Part shown: piece after piece, positions 24,826-34,092 of the stretch
Numbering within the stretch: the stretch's first letter is position 1
Layout: each line of letters opens with the position of its first letter
Assembly (NCBI GenBank): GCA_036004125.1
Contig: DASYRR010000170.1
Span: 15,611 to 79,610 of the forward strand
Direction: 5' to 3'
DNA length: 64,000 bases
DNA from: Pyrinomonadaceae bacterium
GTDB lineage: Bacteria; Acidobacteriota; Blastocatellia; Pyrinomonadales; Pyrinomonadaceae
Notes under the pieces: generated by a model
What the model saw: the letters and a program-made list of their open reading frames with translations, nothing else
The model's database searches: none
What the model was told of the DNA's origin: nothing
Program-made: the position numbers and the translations under genes

Positions 24826-27492
24826 ATGGCCAAAGACACTAACAAAGACAAAAAGCCAACTGCCGAGGAGCAGCGTTTGGAAGAAGCGCGTCAACGCACG
24901 AAGCATTGGAAACGCTGGGGGCCTTATCTCAGCGAGCGAGCGTGGGGGACTGTGCGTGAAGACTATAGTTCGGGCGGCACCGCCTGGGACTATTTCCCTC
25001 ACGATCATGCGCGGTCGCGCGCCTATCGCTGGAATGAAGACGGACTTGCGGGCATCTGCGATCGTCATCAGAAAATCTGTTTCGCACTGGCGTTGTGGAA
25101 CGGCCACGATCCGATCTTGAAAGAACGCATTTTTGGTTTGACCGGTAGTGAAGGCAATCACGGCGAAGACGTTAAGGAATACTACTTCTATCTCGATTCG
25201 ACACCCACACACTCGTACATGAAGTACTTGTACAAGTATCCGCAGGCAGAATTTCCTTACGGACAATTGGTTGAAGAGAACCATCGACGCGGCAAGTCGG
25301 CTTCTGAGTTCGAGCTGATCGACACGGGTATTTTCAATGAAGATCGTTACTTCGACGTCGTAGTCGAATATGCGAAGGCCGATGTCGAAGATATTCTGAT
25401 CAAGATTATTGCGACCAATCACGGGCCGGAAGCGGCCTCGATAAATTTGCTTCCGACGATCTGGTTTCGAAATACCTGGTCATGGAATCAAAACGGCACA
25501 GCCAAACCCAGTCTGCGCAAAGTCCAGGAAGGCACGATCGAACTCGACGTGAGCGGCCTGGGCAAACGCTGGCTGTCTTGCGCCGATTCGCCCGAGTTAC
25601 TCTTCACTGAAAACGACACGAATACACAGCGCCTTTTCAACGCGACGAATGGTTCCCACTTCGTCAAAGACGGCATCAACGATTACATCGTTCACGGCAA
25701 TCAATCGGCAGTGAATCCCGACCAAACAGGAACGAAGGCGGCAGCCAACTACAGACTGATAATCGCGTCCGGCGAGACTGCAACGATCCGCTTGCGGCTA
25801 TCAGACAAATCGCTAAAGAAGAACCAGGACTCATTCGCTGATTTCGATGAGATCTTTGCCGAGCGAATTCGCGAAGCCGACGAGTTCTATCAAACCGTAA
25901 TTCCCAAACACCTTTCGCACGATGCCCGGTCGATTATGCGTCAATCCCTGGGCGGCTTGCTCTGGTCAAAACAGTTCTATCATTACGTAATAGAACAGTG
26001 GCTCGACGGCGATCCCGATACGCCGAAGCCGCCGGTTGAAAGACGGAACGGCCGCAATCACGAATGGAAACACCTTTACAACGCGGACGTCATTTCAATG
26101 CCGGACAAGTGGGAATACCCCTGGTACGCCGCGTGGGATCTCGCTTTCCATTGCGTGCCGCTCGCGCTCGTTGATTCGGAGTTCGCCAAAGAGCAACTTG
26201 TGCTGATGCTGCGAGAGTGGTACATGCATCCGAATGGTCAGTTGCCGGCTTACGAGTGGGCCTTCGGCGACGTCAACCCGCCGGTTCACGCGTGGGCTAC
26301 GTGGCGCGTTTACAAGATTGAGAAGAAGCGACGCGGCGTCGGCGACACGGTTTTTCTCAAACGAGTTTTCCAGAAGCTGCTCCTGAATTTCACCTGGTGG
26401 GTCAATCGCAAAGACGCCGATGGGATGAATATCTTTCAGGGCGGCTTCCTCGGACTCGATAACATCGGCGTGTTCGATCGCAGCGCACCACTGCCGACCG
26501 GCGGACACATCGCGCAATCAGACGGCACGAGTTGGATGGCGATGTACGCGCTGAATCTGTTGGCAATCGCGATGGAGTTGGCCAAGGAAGATCCGTCTTA
26601 CGAAGACGTGGCGAGTAAGTTTTGGGAACACTTTCTCTCCATCGCACACGCGATGAACAATAGTGGCGATGATGAAATTAGATTGTGGGACGAGCAGGAC
26701 GGGTTTTTTTACGATGTGCTGCATCTGCCCGAAGGCAAACCCTATCCGATGAAAGTTCGCTCGATGGTGGGTTTGATTCCGCTGTTTGCCGTCGAGACAT
26801 TGGAGCCGGAGCTGCTCGATCGTCTCCCAGACTTCAAGCGACGGATGGAATGGTTCATTGGTAATCGACCCGACTTGATTCAGAACGTCGCGTGCATGCG
26901 CACACCGGGAAACGGCGAGCGGCGTTTGCTGTCAATTGTCAGCCAGGATCAATTGCGCAGTGTGCTCCGGTATATGCTCGATGAAAACGAATTTCTCTCG
27001 CCTTATGGCATTCGCGCAATCTCGCGATTCCACAAGAACCATCCCTACGTGCTGCCGGTAAATAACACAGAGCATCGAGTGGACTATGAGCCGGCCGAGT
27101 CGAGCACCGGACTGTTTGGCGGCAATTCAAACTGGCGAGGGCCGATCTGGTTTCCGCTAAATTATCTGCTGATCGAGTCGCTCCAGAAGTTCCATCACTA
27201 TCTGGGCGAAGATTTCAAGGTCGAATGTCCGACGGGCTCAGGGCGGATGATGACCCTTTGGGAAGTCGCCGGCGAAATCTCGAAACGGCTTTCGCGAATC
27301 TTTCTTCGGGATAATAACAAGCGACGGCCGGTATTCGGTGCGACGGAAAAGTTTCAGACCGATCCCAACTGGCGCGACCTGGTTCCGTTCCATGAGTACT
27401 TTCATGGTGATAATGGCTCAGGCGTAGGCGCCAGCCATCAGACTGGTTGGACGGGACTGGTTGCGAAGCTCCTGCAACAGAGCGGGGAATGA
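24826..27492 (+). CDS. GH63-like (MGH1-like) glucosidase
   Basis: 888 aa with an (alpha/alpha)6-type C-terminal domain ([43 protein letters not shown]). Confidence 0.7.
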   Translation: MAKDTNKDKKPTAEEQRLEEARQRTKHWKRWGPYLSERAWGTVREDYSSGGTAWDYFPHDHARSRAYRWNEDGLAGICDRHQKICFALALWNGHDPILKERIFGLTGSEGNHGEDVKEYYFYLDSTPTHSYMKYLYKYPQAEFPYGQLVEENHRRGKSASEFELIDTGIFNEDRYFDVVVEYAKADVEDILIKIIATNHGPEAASINLLPTIWFRNTWSWNQNGTAKPSLRKVQEGTIELDVSGLGKRWLSCADSPELLFTENDTNTQRLFNATNGSHFVKDGINDYIVHGNQSAVNPDQTGTKAAANYRLIIASGETATIRLRLSDKSLKKNQDSFADFDEIFAERIREADEFYQTVIPKHLSHDARSIMRQSLGGLLWSKQFYHYVIEQWLDGDPDTPKPPVERRNGRNHEWKHLYNADVISMPDKWEYPWYAAWDLAFHCVPLALVDSEFAKEQLVLMLREWYMHPNGQLPAYEWAFGDVNPPVHAWATWRVYKIEKKRRGVGDTVFLKRVFQKLLLNFTWWVNRKDADGMNIFQGGFLGLDNIGVFDRSAPLPTGGHIAQSDGTSWMAMYALNLLAIAMELAKEDPSYEDVASKFWEHFLSIAHAMNNSGDDEIRLWDEQDGFFYDVLHLPEGKPYPMKVRSMVGLIPLFAVETLEPELLDRLPDFKRRMEWFIGNRPDLIQNVACMRTPGNGERRLLSIVSQDQLRSVLRYMLDENEFLSPYGIRAISRFHKNHPYVLPVNNTEHRVDYEPAESSTGLFGGNSNWRGPIWFPLNYLLIESLQKFHHYLGEDFKVECPTGSGRMMTLWEVAGEISKRLSRIFLRDNNKRRPVFGATEKFQTDPNWRDLVPFHEYFHGDNGSGVGASHQTGWTGLVAKLLQQSGE

Positions 27493-27622
27493 CACCGTGG
27501 AGTTCTTAGCCCGCTTCGCAGGCTTCTGGTGAGATCACAAACCTAGAATTGCCCGCCTGTAAGGAATCCCTCTTCAATCCGACTCATGATTGTTCGGCCA
27601 ATCCAGACAAGGACCAACAATC

Positions 27623-28612
27623 ATGAACGCGACGTCACACCAGCAACGATTTTCGAAAAAGCCTTCGAATCATTTACCGGCGAGCCGACTCCACTGCAGC
27701 GAACGCTGGGCAGTAATCCTGGCCGGAGGCGACGGCACGCGTCTGCAATCAATGACGCGCACCATTACCGGCGACGATCGGCCTAAGCAATTTGTTCCTG
27801 TCATCGGCGGCAGCACGCTGCTCGATCAGACTCGCTCTCGCGTAGCGTTGTCAGTTTCGCCGGCCCGCACCTTGTTTGTCGTTACCGAAAAGCATCGACG
27901 CTTTTATCAGTCTTTGACTCGGAGTGTTTCGCAAAGTCTTCTGCTTGAGCAGTCTGCGAATAAAGGAACCGCACCGGCAATTCTTTATGCCTTGATGCGC
28001 GTGGCAGCGAAGTCGCCGAAAGCCATCGTCGCATTGTTTCCTTCAGATCATTACTTTGCTGATGACGAAGCGTTCATGTCGCATGTCGACCTGGCTTTCG
28101 ACGCTGCGCAGGTGCAACCTGAAACGGCAACTCTGCTGGGCATTACGCCGAGTGGCCCTGAAACTGCATATGGATGGATCGAGCCGCAGCGATCGATTCT
28201 CGGCAGTATGCCCCGCTCAATTACTCGCGTGAGTCGTTTTTGGGAAAAGCCTGACGCGAACGTGGCGCGCTCTCTGATGGACCAAGGTTGTCTGTGGAAC
28301 AGCTTTGTGATGGTGGGCCGAGTCGAGGCATTACTGAGAATGACGCGCGAAGCGTTGCCAGAATTGTTCCTGGCCTTTGCTCGCACCGTGCCGATGTTCG
28401 GAGGAGCTTTGGAGCGAAGCGCGATGTGCGATTTGTACCGCAGAATTCCTGATTCAAATTTTTCGCACGAGGTGTTGGCAGAGCGGCCTAACGATCTCGC
28501 GGTCATGAGAGTTGGTGATGTTGGCTGGAGCGATCTTGGCGAGCCGGCCCGCGTACTGGCGACACTGGCGCAAATGGGAGTTCGAACAGAAATGGCGATG
28601 TCAGCAAGTTGA
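27623..28612 (+). CDS. sugar-phosphate nucleotidyltransferase (mannose-1-phosphate guanylyltransferase-like)
   Basis: [18 protein letters not shown]...[10 protein letters not shown]. Confidence 0.7.
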   Translation: MNATSHQQRFSKKPSNHLPASRLHCSERWAVILAGGDGTRLQSMTRTITGDDRPKQFVPVIGGSTLLDQTRSRVALSVSPARTLFVVTEKHRRFYQSLTRSVSQSLLLEQSANKGTAPAILYALMRVAAKSPKAIVALFPSDHYFADDEAFMSHVDLAFDAAQVQPETATLLGITPSGPETAYGWIEPQRSILGSMPRSITRVSRFWEKPDANVARSLMDQGCLWNSFVMVGRVEALLRMTREALPELFLAFARTVPMFGGALERSAMCDLYRRIPDSNFSHEVLAERPNDLAVMRVGDVGWSDLGEPARVLATLAQMGVRTEMAMSAS

Positions 28613-28643
28613 ACATATAAGAAACCAAGTTCGAGGAGCAATC

Positions 28644-29750
28644 ATGAAAGCAATTGCAGTCAAACCGGGAATACCAAACACAGTTCATCTGGCGGAACTA
28701 CCGGCACCGAGAGTCACAGACGTGCCGAACGGTCGTGGCGTCCTAGTCAAAGTTTTGCGTGTTGGCGTTGACGGCACCGACAAAGAAATAAATGCGGCGG
28801 AGTATGGGCAGGCGCCCGAGGGTTACGATTATCTGGTGATCGGTCACGAAGGTTTTGGCCAAGTCGAAGCTGTCGGTCCGAACGTGACGGAAGTGAAGCC
28901 GGGCGATTATGTGGTCGCAACGGTGCGCCGTCCGGGGTCGAGCATCTACGACCTAATCGGCACCAACGACATGACTACCGACGATACCTATTTTGAGCGT
29001 GGCATCAATCTGCGCCACGGCTACATGAGTCAATACTACGTCGATGATGCTGAATTTATCGTCAAGATTCCCCAGGGCCTTAAGGAAGTCGGCGTATTGC
29101 TCGAACCAACGACCGTGGTTGAGAAGGGCATCGCTCAGGCCTACGAAATTCAACGCCGTCTGCGGGTTTGGAAACCGAAGCGCGCGGCCGTGATGGGTGC
29201 TGGCACGATCGGTTTGCTCGCGACTTTGGTGCTGCGCTTGAAGGGATTACAGGTAGTAACTTTTGGCAAAACACCAAAACCATATTTGAATTCCGATTTG
29301 ATCGAAGCGATTGGTGCTACCTATCAATCGACGGACCAGCTTTCAATTCTGGACGGCGCAAAGAAGTACGGGCCGTTCGACATCATCTTCGAAGCTACCG
29401 GATTTTCGCCAGTCGTGTTTGACAGCATGCAAGCGCTGGGCAAAAACGGCGTGCTGGTTTTGTCCAGCGTCACAGGCGGCGATCGCAAGATCGAAGTGCC
29501 GGCGGACAAGATTAACCTGGAATTCGTGCTCGGCAATAAGGTAATGGTCGGCACTGTCAACGCGAACCGGGAATACTTCGAGCTGGGCGTCAAGGACTTG
29601 GCGCAGGCCGAAGCCGAATATCCCGGTTGGCTTTCGCGTTTACTGACGCATCCAGTCAAAGGCCTGGAGAATTATCGGGAGTTGTTCGCGAAGCTTACGA
29701 ATCCGAACGGCGCTATCAAAGTCTTCTGTGAAGTTGCGGAGCTGACCTAA
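28644..29750 (+). CDS. zinc-dependent MDR-family glucose 1-dehydrogenase-like protein
   Basis: MKAIAVKPG...[10 protein letters not shown]...[23 protein letters not shown] Rossmann motif. Confidence 0.7.
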   Translation: MKAIAVKPGIPNTVHLAELPAPRVTDVPNGRGVLVKVLRVGVDGTDKEINAAEYGQAPEGYDYLVIGHEGFGQVEAVGPNVTEVKPGDYVVATVRRPGSSIYDLIGTNDMTTDDTYFERGINLRHGYMSQYYVDDAEFIVKIPQGLKEVGVLLEPTTVVEKGIAQAYEIQRRLRVWKPKRAAVMGAGTIGLLATLVLRLKGLQVVTFGKTPKPYLNSDLIEAIGATYQSTDQLSILDGAKKYGPFDIIFEATGFSPVVFDSMQALGKNGVLVLSSVTGGDRKIEVPADKINLEFVLGNKVMVGTVNANREYFELGVKDLAQAEAEYPGWLSRLLTHPVKGLENYRELFAKLTNPNGAIKVFCEVAELT

Positions 29751-31090
29751 TGGCCAGCAATTCAAACCGGCCAGGGAGAATCCTGATTCTCGGCAGCGGC
29801 TTCGGCGGCCTCTATACAGCTCTGCATCTTGAGAAGAAGCTTCGTCGCTACACTGATGTTGAACTCACGCTCGTCAATCGCGAGAACTTCTTTCTGTTCA
29901 CGCCGATGTTGCATGAAGTTGCGGCTGGCGATCTGGACTTGACGCACATCGTCAATCCGGTGCGCAAGCTGTTGCGCCGCACACATTTTTTCAATGGCGA
30001 TATCAAGAGAATCGATCTGAAGGAACGCCGCGTGATCGTTGCTCATGCCGATGACCATCACGATCACGAATTGTCCTATGACTATCTGGTCCTGGCGCTC
30101 GGTTCGGTTACGAACTTCTACAATTTGCCGGGCCTGGCCGAAAACGCACTGACAATGAAGTCACTCAGCGACGCGATTCGCTTGCGCAGCCGTCTGATCA
30201 AGAACCTCGAGGATGCAGACTTTGAATGTGCCTGCGAAGATCGTTCGCGGCTATTAACCGTGGTGGTGGCGGGCGGCGGTTTTGCCGGCGTCGAAACGAT
30301 AGCTTCTGTGAATGACTTCGTGCGCGAAGCGATTGAGTTTTATCCGAAGCTCACCGAAGCAGAGCTGCGCATCGTTCTGATCGAAGCAACCGATGTGATC
30401 TTGCCGGAACTGGGTCCGCAACTTGGCGCGTATGCGCGCAAGAAACTCGCCCGTCGCGGGGTCCAGTTTCTCATGAACACGGCAGTCAAGAGTGTTTCGA
30501 ACACTGAAGTTAATCTGAGCGATGGGACATCGCTTAAGACCAACATGCTGGTTTGGACGGCCGGTGTTTCCCCGAACCCACTGCTGAACATGTTGGATTG
30601 TTCCAAGGAACGCGGTCGGTTGGTCACAAATGAATTTCTTGAAGTCACCGATTATCCCGGAGTCTGGGCGCTCGGTGATTGCGCTGCCGTGCCCGATCAG
30701 ACGACGGGCAAATCTTGTCCGCCCACCGCGCAACACGCGATACGCCAGGGGAAGGTCGTGGCTGAAAACCTCGTTGCGGCCATCAATGGTGGCCGGCGGC
30801 GACGTTTCGAATTCAAGACAATCGGCGCGCTTGCTTCGATCGGCAAACGCACAGGTGTGGCTCGCATCATGGGCGTGAATTTCTCCGGCTTCATAGCCTG
30901 GTGGTTATGGCGAACGATTTATCTGAGCAAGCTTCCTCGTTTCGAAAAGAAGGTGCGGGTCGCACTCGATTGGTTCCTGGATCTCTTGTTTTCGAAGGAC
31001 CTTGTCCAGTTCATGGATGTGAGTATGCGAGTTGAAAGGCCAGCACTTATCGAAGCCGCGGCGGATGATTCTGAAAGTCGCGCAGCTTAA
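29750..31090 (+). CDS. type II NADH dehydrogenase-like FAD/NAD(P) oxidoreductase
   Basis: RILILGSGFGGLY, VVVAGGGFAGVE, WALGDCA. Confidence 0.8.
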   Translation: MASNSNRPGRILILGSGFGGLYTALHLEKKLRRYTDVELTLVNRENFFLFTPMLHEVAAGDLDLTHIVNPVRKLLRRTHFFNGDIKRIDLKERRVIVAHADDHHDHELSYDYLVLALGSVTNFYNLPGLAENALTMKSLSDAIRLRSRLIKNLEDADFECACEDRSRLLTVVVAGGGFAGVETIASVNDFVREAIEFYPKLTEAELRIVLIEATDVILPELGPQLGAYARKKLARRGVQFLMNTAVKSVSNTEVNLSDGTSLKTNMLVWTAGVSPNPLLNMLDCSKERGRLVTNEFLEVTDYPGVWALGDCAAVPDQTTGKSCPPTAQHAIRQGKVVAENLVAAINGGRRRRFEFKTIGALASIGKRTGVARIMGVNFSGFIAWWLWRTIYLSKLPRFEKKVRVALDWFLDLLFSKDLVQFMDVSMRVERPALIEAAADDSESRAA

Positions 31091-31115
31091 CTGCGTTCTC
31101 AGAAAGAAGGTAGCA

Positions 31116-33122
31116 ATGATTGAAATAGATCAGGAGAGTTGCCGGAATCCCGAAACGGCACTGTCGCGCGAATGGCTCGAGACTAACGGCATAGGTGGGT
31201 TTTCGTCCTCGACGATCACAGGTCTGAACACACGCCGCTATCACGGCTTGCTGACCGCCGCGACAAAGCCGCCAGTTGGGCGACTAGTCTTACTTTCGAA
31301 ACTCGAAGAGACACTTATTATTGATGGTCGGCGCCACGAACTGTCAGCCAATCAGTATCCGGGCATCGTTCATCCCGAGGGCTTCAAGTATCAAACTGGC
31401 TTCCGTCTCTACCCCTTCCCAGTTTTCACCTACGAAGTTGAGGGAGTTCGTTTGGAAAAGCTTGTGTTCATGGTGCAGGGAGAGAACACAACGGTGGTGC
31501 AGTATGAAGTGTCGGCGCCCCCTGAAGATCGGATTGCTGTCCCGATCGTTCTAGAGGTTCGCCCGCTGATCGCGTTTCGCGATTATCACAGCACGACGCA
31601 TGAAAATGGCGCGCTGATTTCAAACGTGGAAACTCAAGACGGACTGACGACGGTCAAGCCTTACAGCGACTTACCTGCGTTGCATTTTGCACACGATATT
31701 GCTCAGATCGACGTAAACGGCTTTTGGTATCGCAACTTTCAATATACGGTTGAACAGGAACGCGGTCTCGACTTCGCTGAAGATCTCTTCAGTCCTTGCG
31801 TTTTCATTTTCGATCTTAACGCAAGTGCGAAAATCAGCATTATTGTGTCGACCGAGCGCCGCGATGTCGCTAAGGCGGACGCTTACCGCATCGCCGAAAT
31901 GGAACGCCGAGACTTATTAAGCGGGAAGTCGGAGGCTGGTAACGTAATAAGCACACTTACCGCCGCCGCAGATCAATTCATTGTTGCACGCGAACGCTGC
32001 AAAACTGTTATCGCCGGCTATCATTGGTTCGCTGATTGGGGCCGCGACACAATGATTGCGCTGCCGGGTTTGACACTGACGACCGGGCACGCCGAAATTG
32101 CGAAGAGCATTCTGGCTGAGTTTGCCGCGCACGTCGATCAGGGAATGTTACCGAACCGTTTTCCGGATGCGGGCGAGACTCCCGAATACAACACCGTCGA
32201 TGCGACGCTCTGGTTCTTCGAAGCAGTGCGCGCGCTGTTGCAGTACACAAACGACTACGATTTCGTCCGCTCAACTCTATACAGCGTGCTTATTGACATA
32301 ATCGAATGGCATGTGAAAGGTACTCGATACAACATCCACGTTGACTCAGACGGCTTGTTGTTTTCCGGCGAATCCGGCGTACAACTCACCTGGATGGACG
32401 CGAAAGTCGGTGACTGGGTGGTCACGCCACGCACCGGTAAGGCCGTCGAGATTCAAGCGCTATGGTACAACGCACTGCGGGTCATGGAGGGGTTGGCAGA
32501 AAAGTTCGGCGACAAAGCAAATCAAAAGCAGTACAAAGCAATGGCGGCATTTGCGCGCAAGAGTTTCAATGAACAGTTTTGGAACGAGCAGACAGGCTGT
32601 CTCTTCGACGTAGTGAACGGCGACGAGCGCGACGCTTCAATCAGGCCCAATCAGGTCTTCACAATTAGCTTGGCGAATTCGATGGTTTCGACCGCGCGAG
32701 CGAAGAGCATCCTGCGCGTAGTCGAGCGCGAACTACTAACACCACGCGGCCTCCGCACTCTCTCGCCGAACGATTCCCGTTACATCGGTCGTTACGAAGG
32801 CGATCCGCGCAGTCGCGACGGCTCTTATCACCAGGGAACCGTCTGGCCGTGGTTGATGGGACCGTTTATCACCGCTCACGTGAAAACGTTTGGTGTGAAG
32901 GTCGGCGCAAAGTTCGCGATCGAATGGCTCTTAGCTTTTGAGGATCATCTTAGGGAAGCTTGCCTGGGCCAGATCTCGGAAATCTTCGACGGCGATGCCC
33001 CGCATACACCACGTGGTTGCGTTGCACAGGGATGGAGCGTTGCGGAGCTTTTGCGCGCTGCTGTTGAAGAGGTTTATCAGAAGAAGGAGTCGACCCAGGT
33101 TGCGTCCGCTAACGTCGCGTGA
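31116..33122 (+). CDS. glycogen debranching enzyme (amylo-alpha-1,6-glucosidase family)
   Basis: EWLETNGIGGFSSSTITGLNTRRYHGLL N-domain. GYHWFADWGRDTMIALPGL, DATLWF, YHQGTVWPWLMGPF. Confidence 0.8.
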   Translation: MIEIDQESCRNPETALSREWLETNGIGGFSSSTITGLNTRRYHGLLTAATKPPVGRLVLLSKLEETLIIDGRRHELSANQYPGIVHPEGFKYQTGFRLYPFPVFTYEVEGVRLEKLVFMVQGENTTVVQYEVSAPPEDRIAVPIVLEVRPLIAFRDYHSTTHENGALISNVETQDGLTTVKPYSDLPALHFAHDIAQIDVNGFWYRNFQYTVEQERGLDFAEDLFSPCVFIFDLNASAKISIIVSTERRDVAKADAYRIAEMERRDLLSGKSEAGNVISTLTAAADQFIVARERCKTVIAGYHWFADWGRDTMIALPGLTLTTGHAEIAKSILAEFAAHVDQGMLPNRFPDAGETPEYNTVDATLWFFEAVRALLQYTNDYDFVRSTLYSVLIDIIEWHVKGTRYNIHVDSDGLLFSGESGVQLTWMDAKVGDWVVTPRTGKAVEIQALWYNALRVMEGLAEKFGDKANQKQYKAMAAFARKSFNEQFWNEQTGCLFDVVNGDERDASIRPNQVFTISLANSMVSTARAKSILRVVERELLTPRGLRTLSPNDSRYIGRYEGDPRSRDGSYHQGTVWPWLMGPFITAHVKTFGVKVGAKFAIEWLLAFEDHLREACLGQISEIFDGDAPHTPRGCVAQGWSVAELLRAAVEEVYQKKESTQVASANVA

Positions 33123-33260
33123 AGGGAAGGTTAGACGTTCTCATAGGATACTTGGGCTTTCAGCGAAATAGTCTCTGACTCGCTTAATGACAACTGAGCT
33201 GATTTCGTAGTTTCGAGGAAGAGACTTGGCGACTATATGGCGAAGAGGGACGGACAGATT

Positions 33261-33279
33261 GCCACAAATTTGCCACAAG
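33261..33279 (+). promoter_or_regulatory. GCCACAAATTTGCCACAAG motif copy 2
   Basis: Lies 87 bp left of the tRNA-derived remnant at 33348..33361. Confidence 0.4.
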
Positions 33280-33347
33280 CCAAGATCCGGCTCGTAAGTT
33301 TCTACTCTAAACGATTGACTCCATTGTCAAAGGGCAACTTCATTTTT

Positions 33348-33361
33348 GCGACCCACTGGTT
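33348..33361 (-). repeat. 14-bp remnant of the tRNA-Lys 3' half (degenerate att junction)
   Basis: GCGACCCACTGGTT equals tRNA positions 40958..40971. The following CGAGATGAATTGGT resembles CCAGATGAATTGGT at about 40.6 kb. Confidence 0.45.
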
Positions 33362-33510
33362 CGAGATGAATTGGTCGCGGCGAGTGCAGCATGACGGGTC
33401 AAACGTTGTGACGCTGAGAGTTACATAGAGGTGAACCCTCACGCACGTTTCAAGTGGTTCGAGCTTGTTTTCTTATGCGACGGAGTTAAGTTATTGATAG
33501 GATGGGTTAT

Positions 33511-33551
33511 GAGCCGAGCAGGACTCGAACCTGCGACCCACTGGTTAAAAG
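33511..33551 (-). repeat. 41-bp perfect direct repeat of the tRNA-Lys 3' half (distal att site)
   Basis: GAGCCGAGCAGGACTCGAACCTGCGACCCACTGGTTAAAAG is identical to 40936..40976. Confidence 0.9.
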
Positions 33552-33692
33552 AGCGGTAAGCGCGATTCCATCCAGTCACGGCTCTTACGATCTATTAACA
33601 TTTTACACAGGTTGCAGCCGCTTCGGAGTACATCTAGTAACAACCGTTCTCCCCTGTTTGCCGGTATTCACGCCACAAATTTGTCACAGGAG
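33541..33692 (+). repeat. copy B of att core plus element arm (homologue of 11607..11760)
   Basis: See copy A. Contains motif copy 3. Confidence 0.7.
33672..33690 (+). promoter_or_regulatory. GCCACAAATTTGTCACAGG motif copy 3
   Basis: Lies 131 bp from the att core, the same offset as copy 1 in arm A. Confidence 0.4.
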
Positions 33693-33872
33693 TTTAAGGG
33701 TCACAGTCCTTTCTATATAGATCGTCGCACAGAGACATTAGGTGGTAAGGTGACAACTCCGCAGCAGCGATTTCTACTTTTGAACAGTGCCCAAAGTGCA
33801 TCGTCCGACGTTAAGAGGCAGCGCGCCTTCATGACCGCGATCCTCTGGCGTCAGTGAGGAGTTCGAATCGTT

Positions 33873-34088
33873 CTATGATTTATCTAGGAGCGATAGCTCC
33901 TCTAGGACTAGGTTCTCGCCAATCTTCAGTCGAACAGGTCGGCCGAGACCATCTCTGACTTCACAACCGACGGCTGAGGCCGAATCAAAAACTTCGAGTT
34001 CTGTTTCGAGTGATTCCACATCCGTGTAGGATTCGACAGTACCATCCTCAAACCTAACGGAGATTGGAAAGAGTGGTTTAGGATTCAT
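33873..34088 (-). CDS. 71-aa acidic protein, putative cognate immunity protein of the Rhs toxin
   Basis: Starts 4 nt after the Rhs stop on the same strand. Acidic (ESYTDVESLETELEVFD). Position is typical of Rhs immunity genes. Confidence 0.55.
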   Translation of the reverse strand: MNPKPLFPISVRFEDGTVESYTDVESLETELEVFDSASAVGCEVRDGLGRPVRLKIGENLVLEELSLLDKS

Positions 34089-34092
34089 AAGA

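Larger units (their letters stand above)
11607..33361 (+). mobile_element. hypothesised 22-kb integrase-less island (tandem accretion at tRNA-Lys)
   Basis: It has the same end architecture as the Rhs element. The left end is an att core plus an arm with the GCCACAAATTTGCCACAA motif about 130 bp in. The right end has the same motif 87 bp before the tRNA-derived GCGACCCACTGGTT. Nineteen consecutive + strand genes lie between. Confidence 0.4.

Noticed and set aside
33237-33428. ORFs 33237..33428 and 40822..41133, which share the peptide IATNLPQ.
   Set aside because: The shared peptide is just the translation of the GCCACAAATTTGCCACAA DNA motif. The second ORF runs antisense through tRNA-Lys. 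They are not coding.
33511-33590. A second tRNA-Lys gene.
   Set aside because: Only the 3' half (41 nt) matches. The replacement 5' half keeps acceptor complementarity but cannot form the anticodon or D stems. It is an att-site duplicate or pseudo-tRNA.
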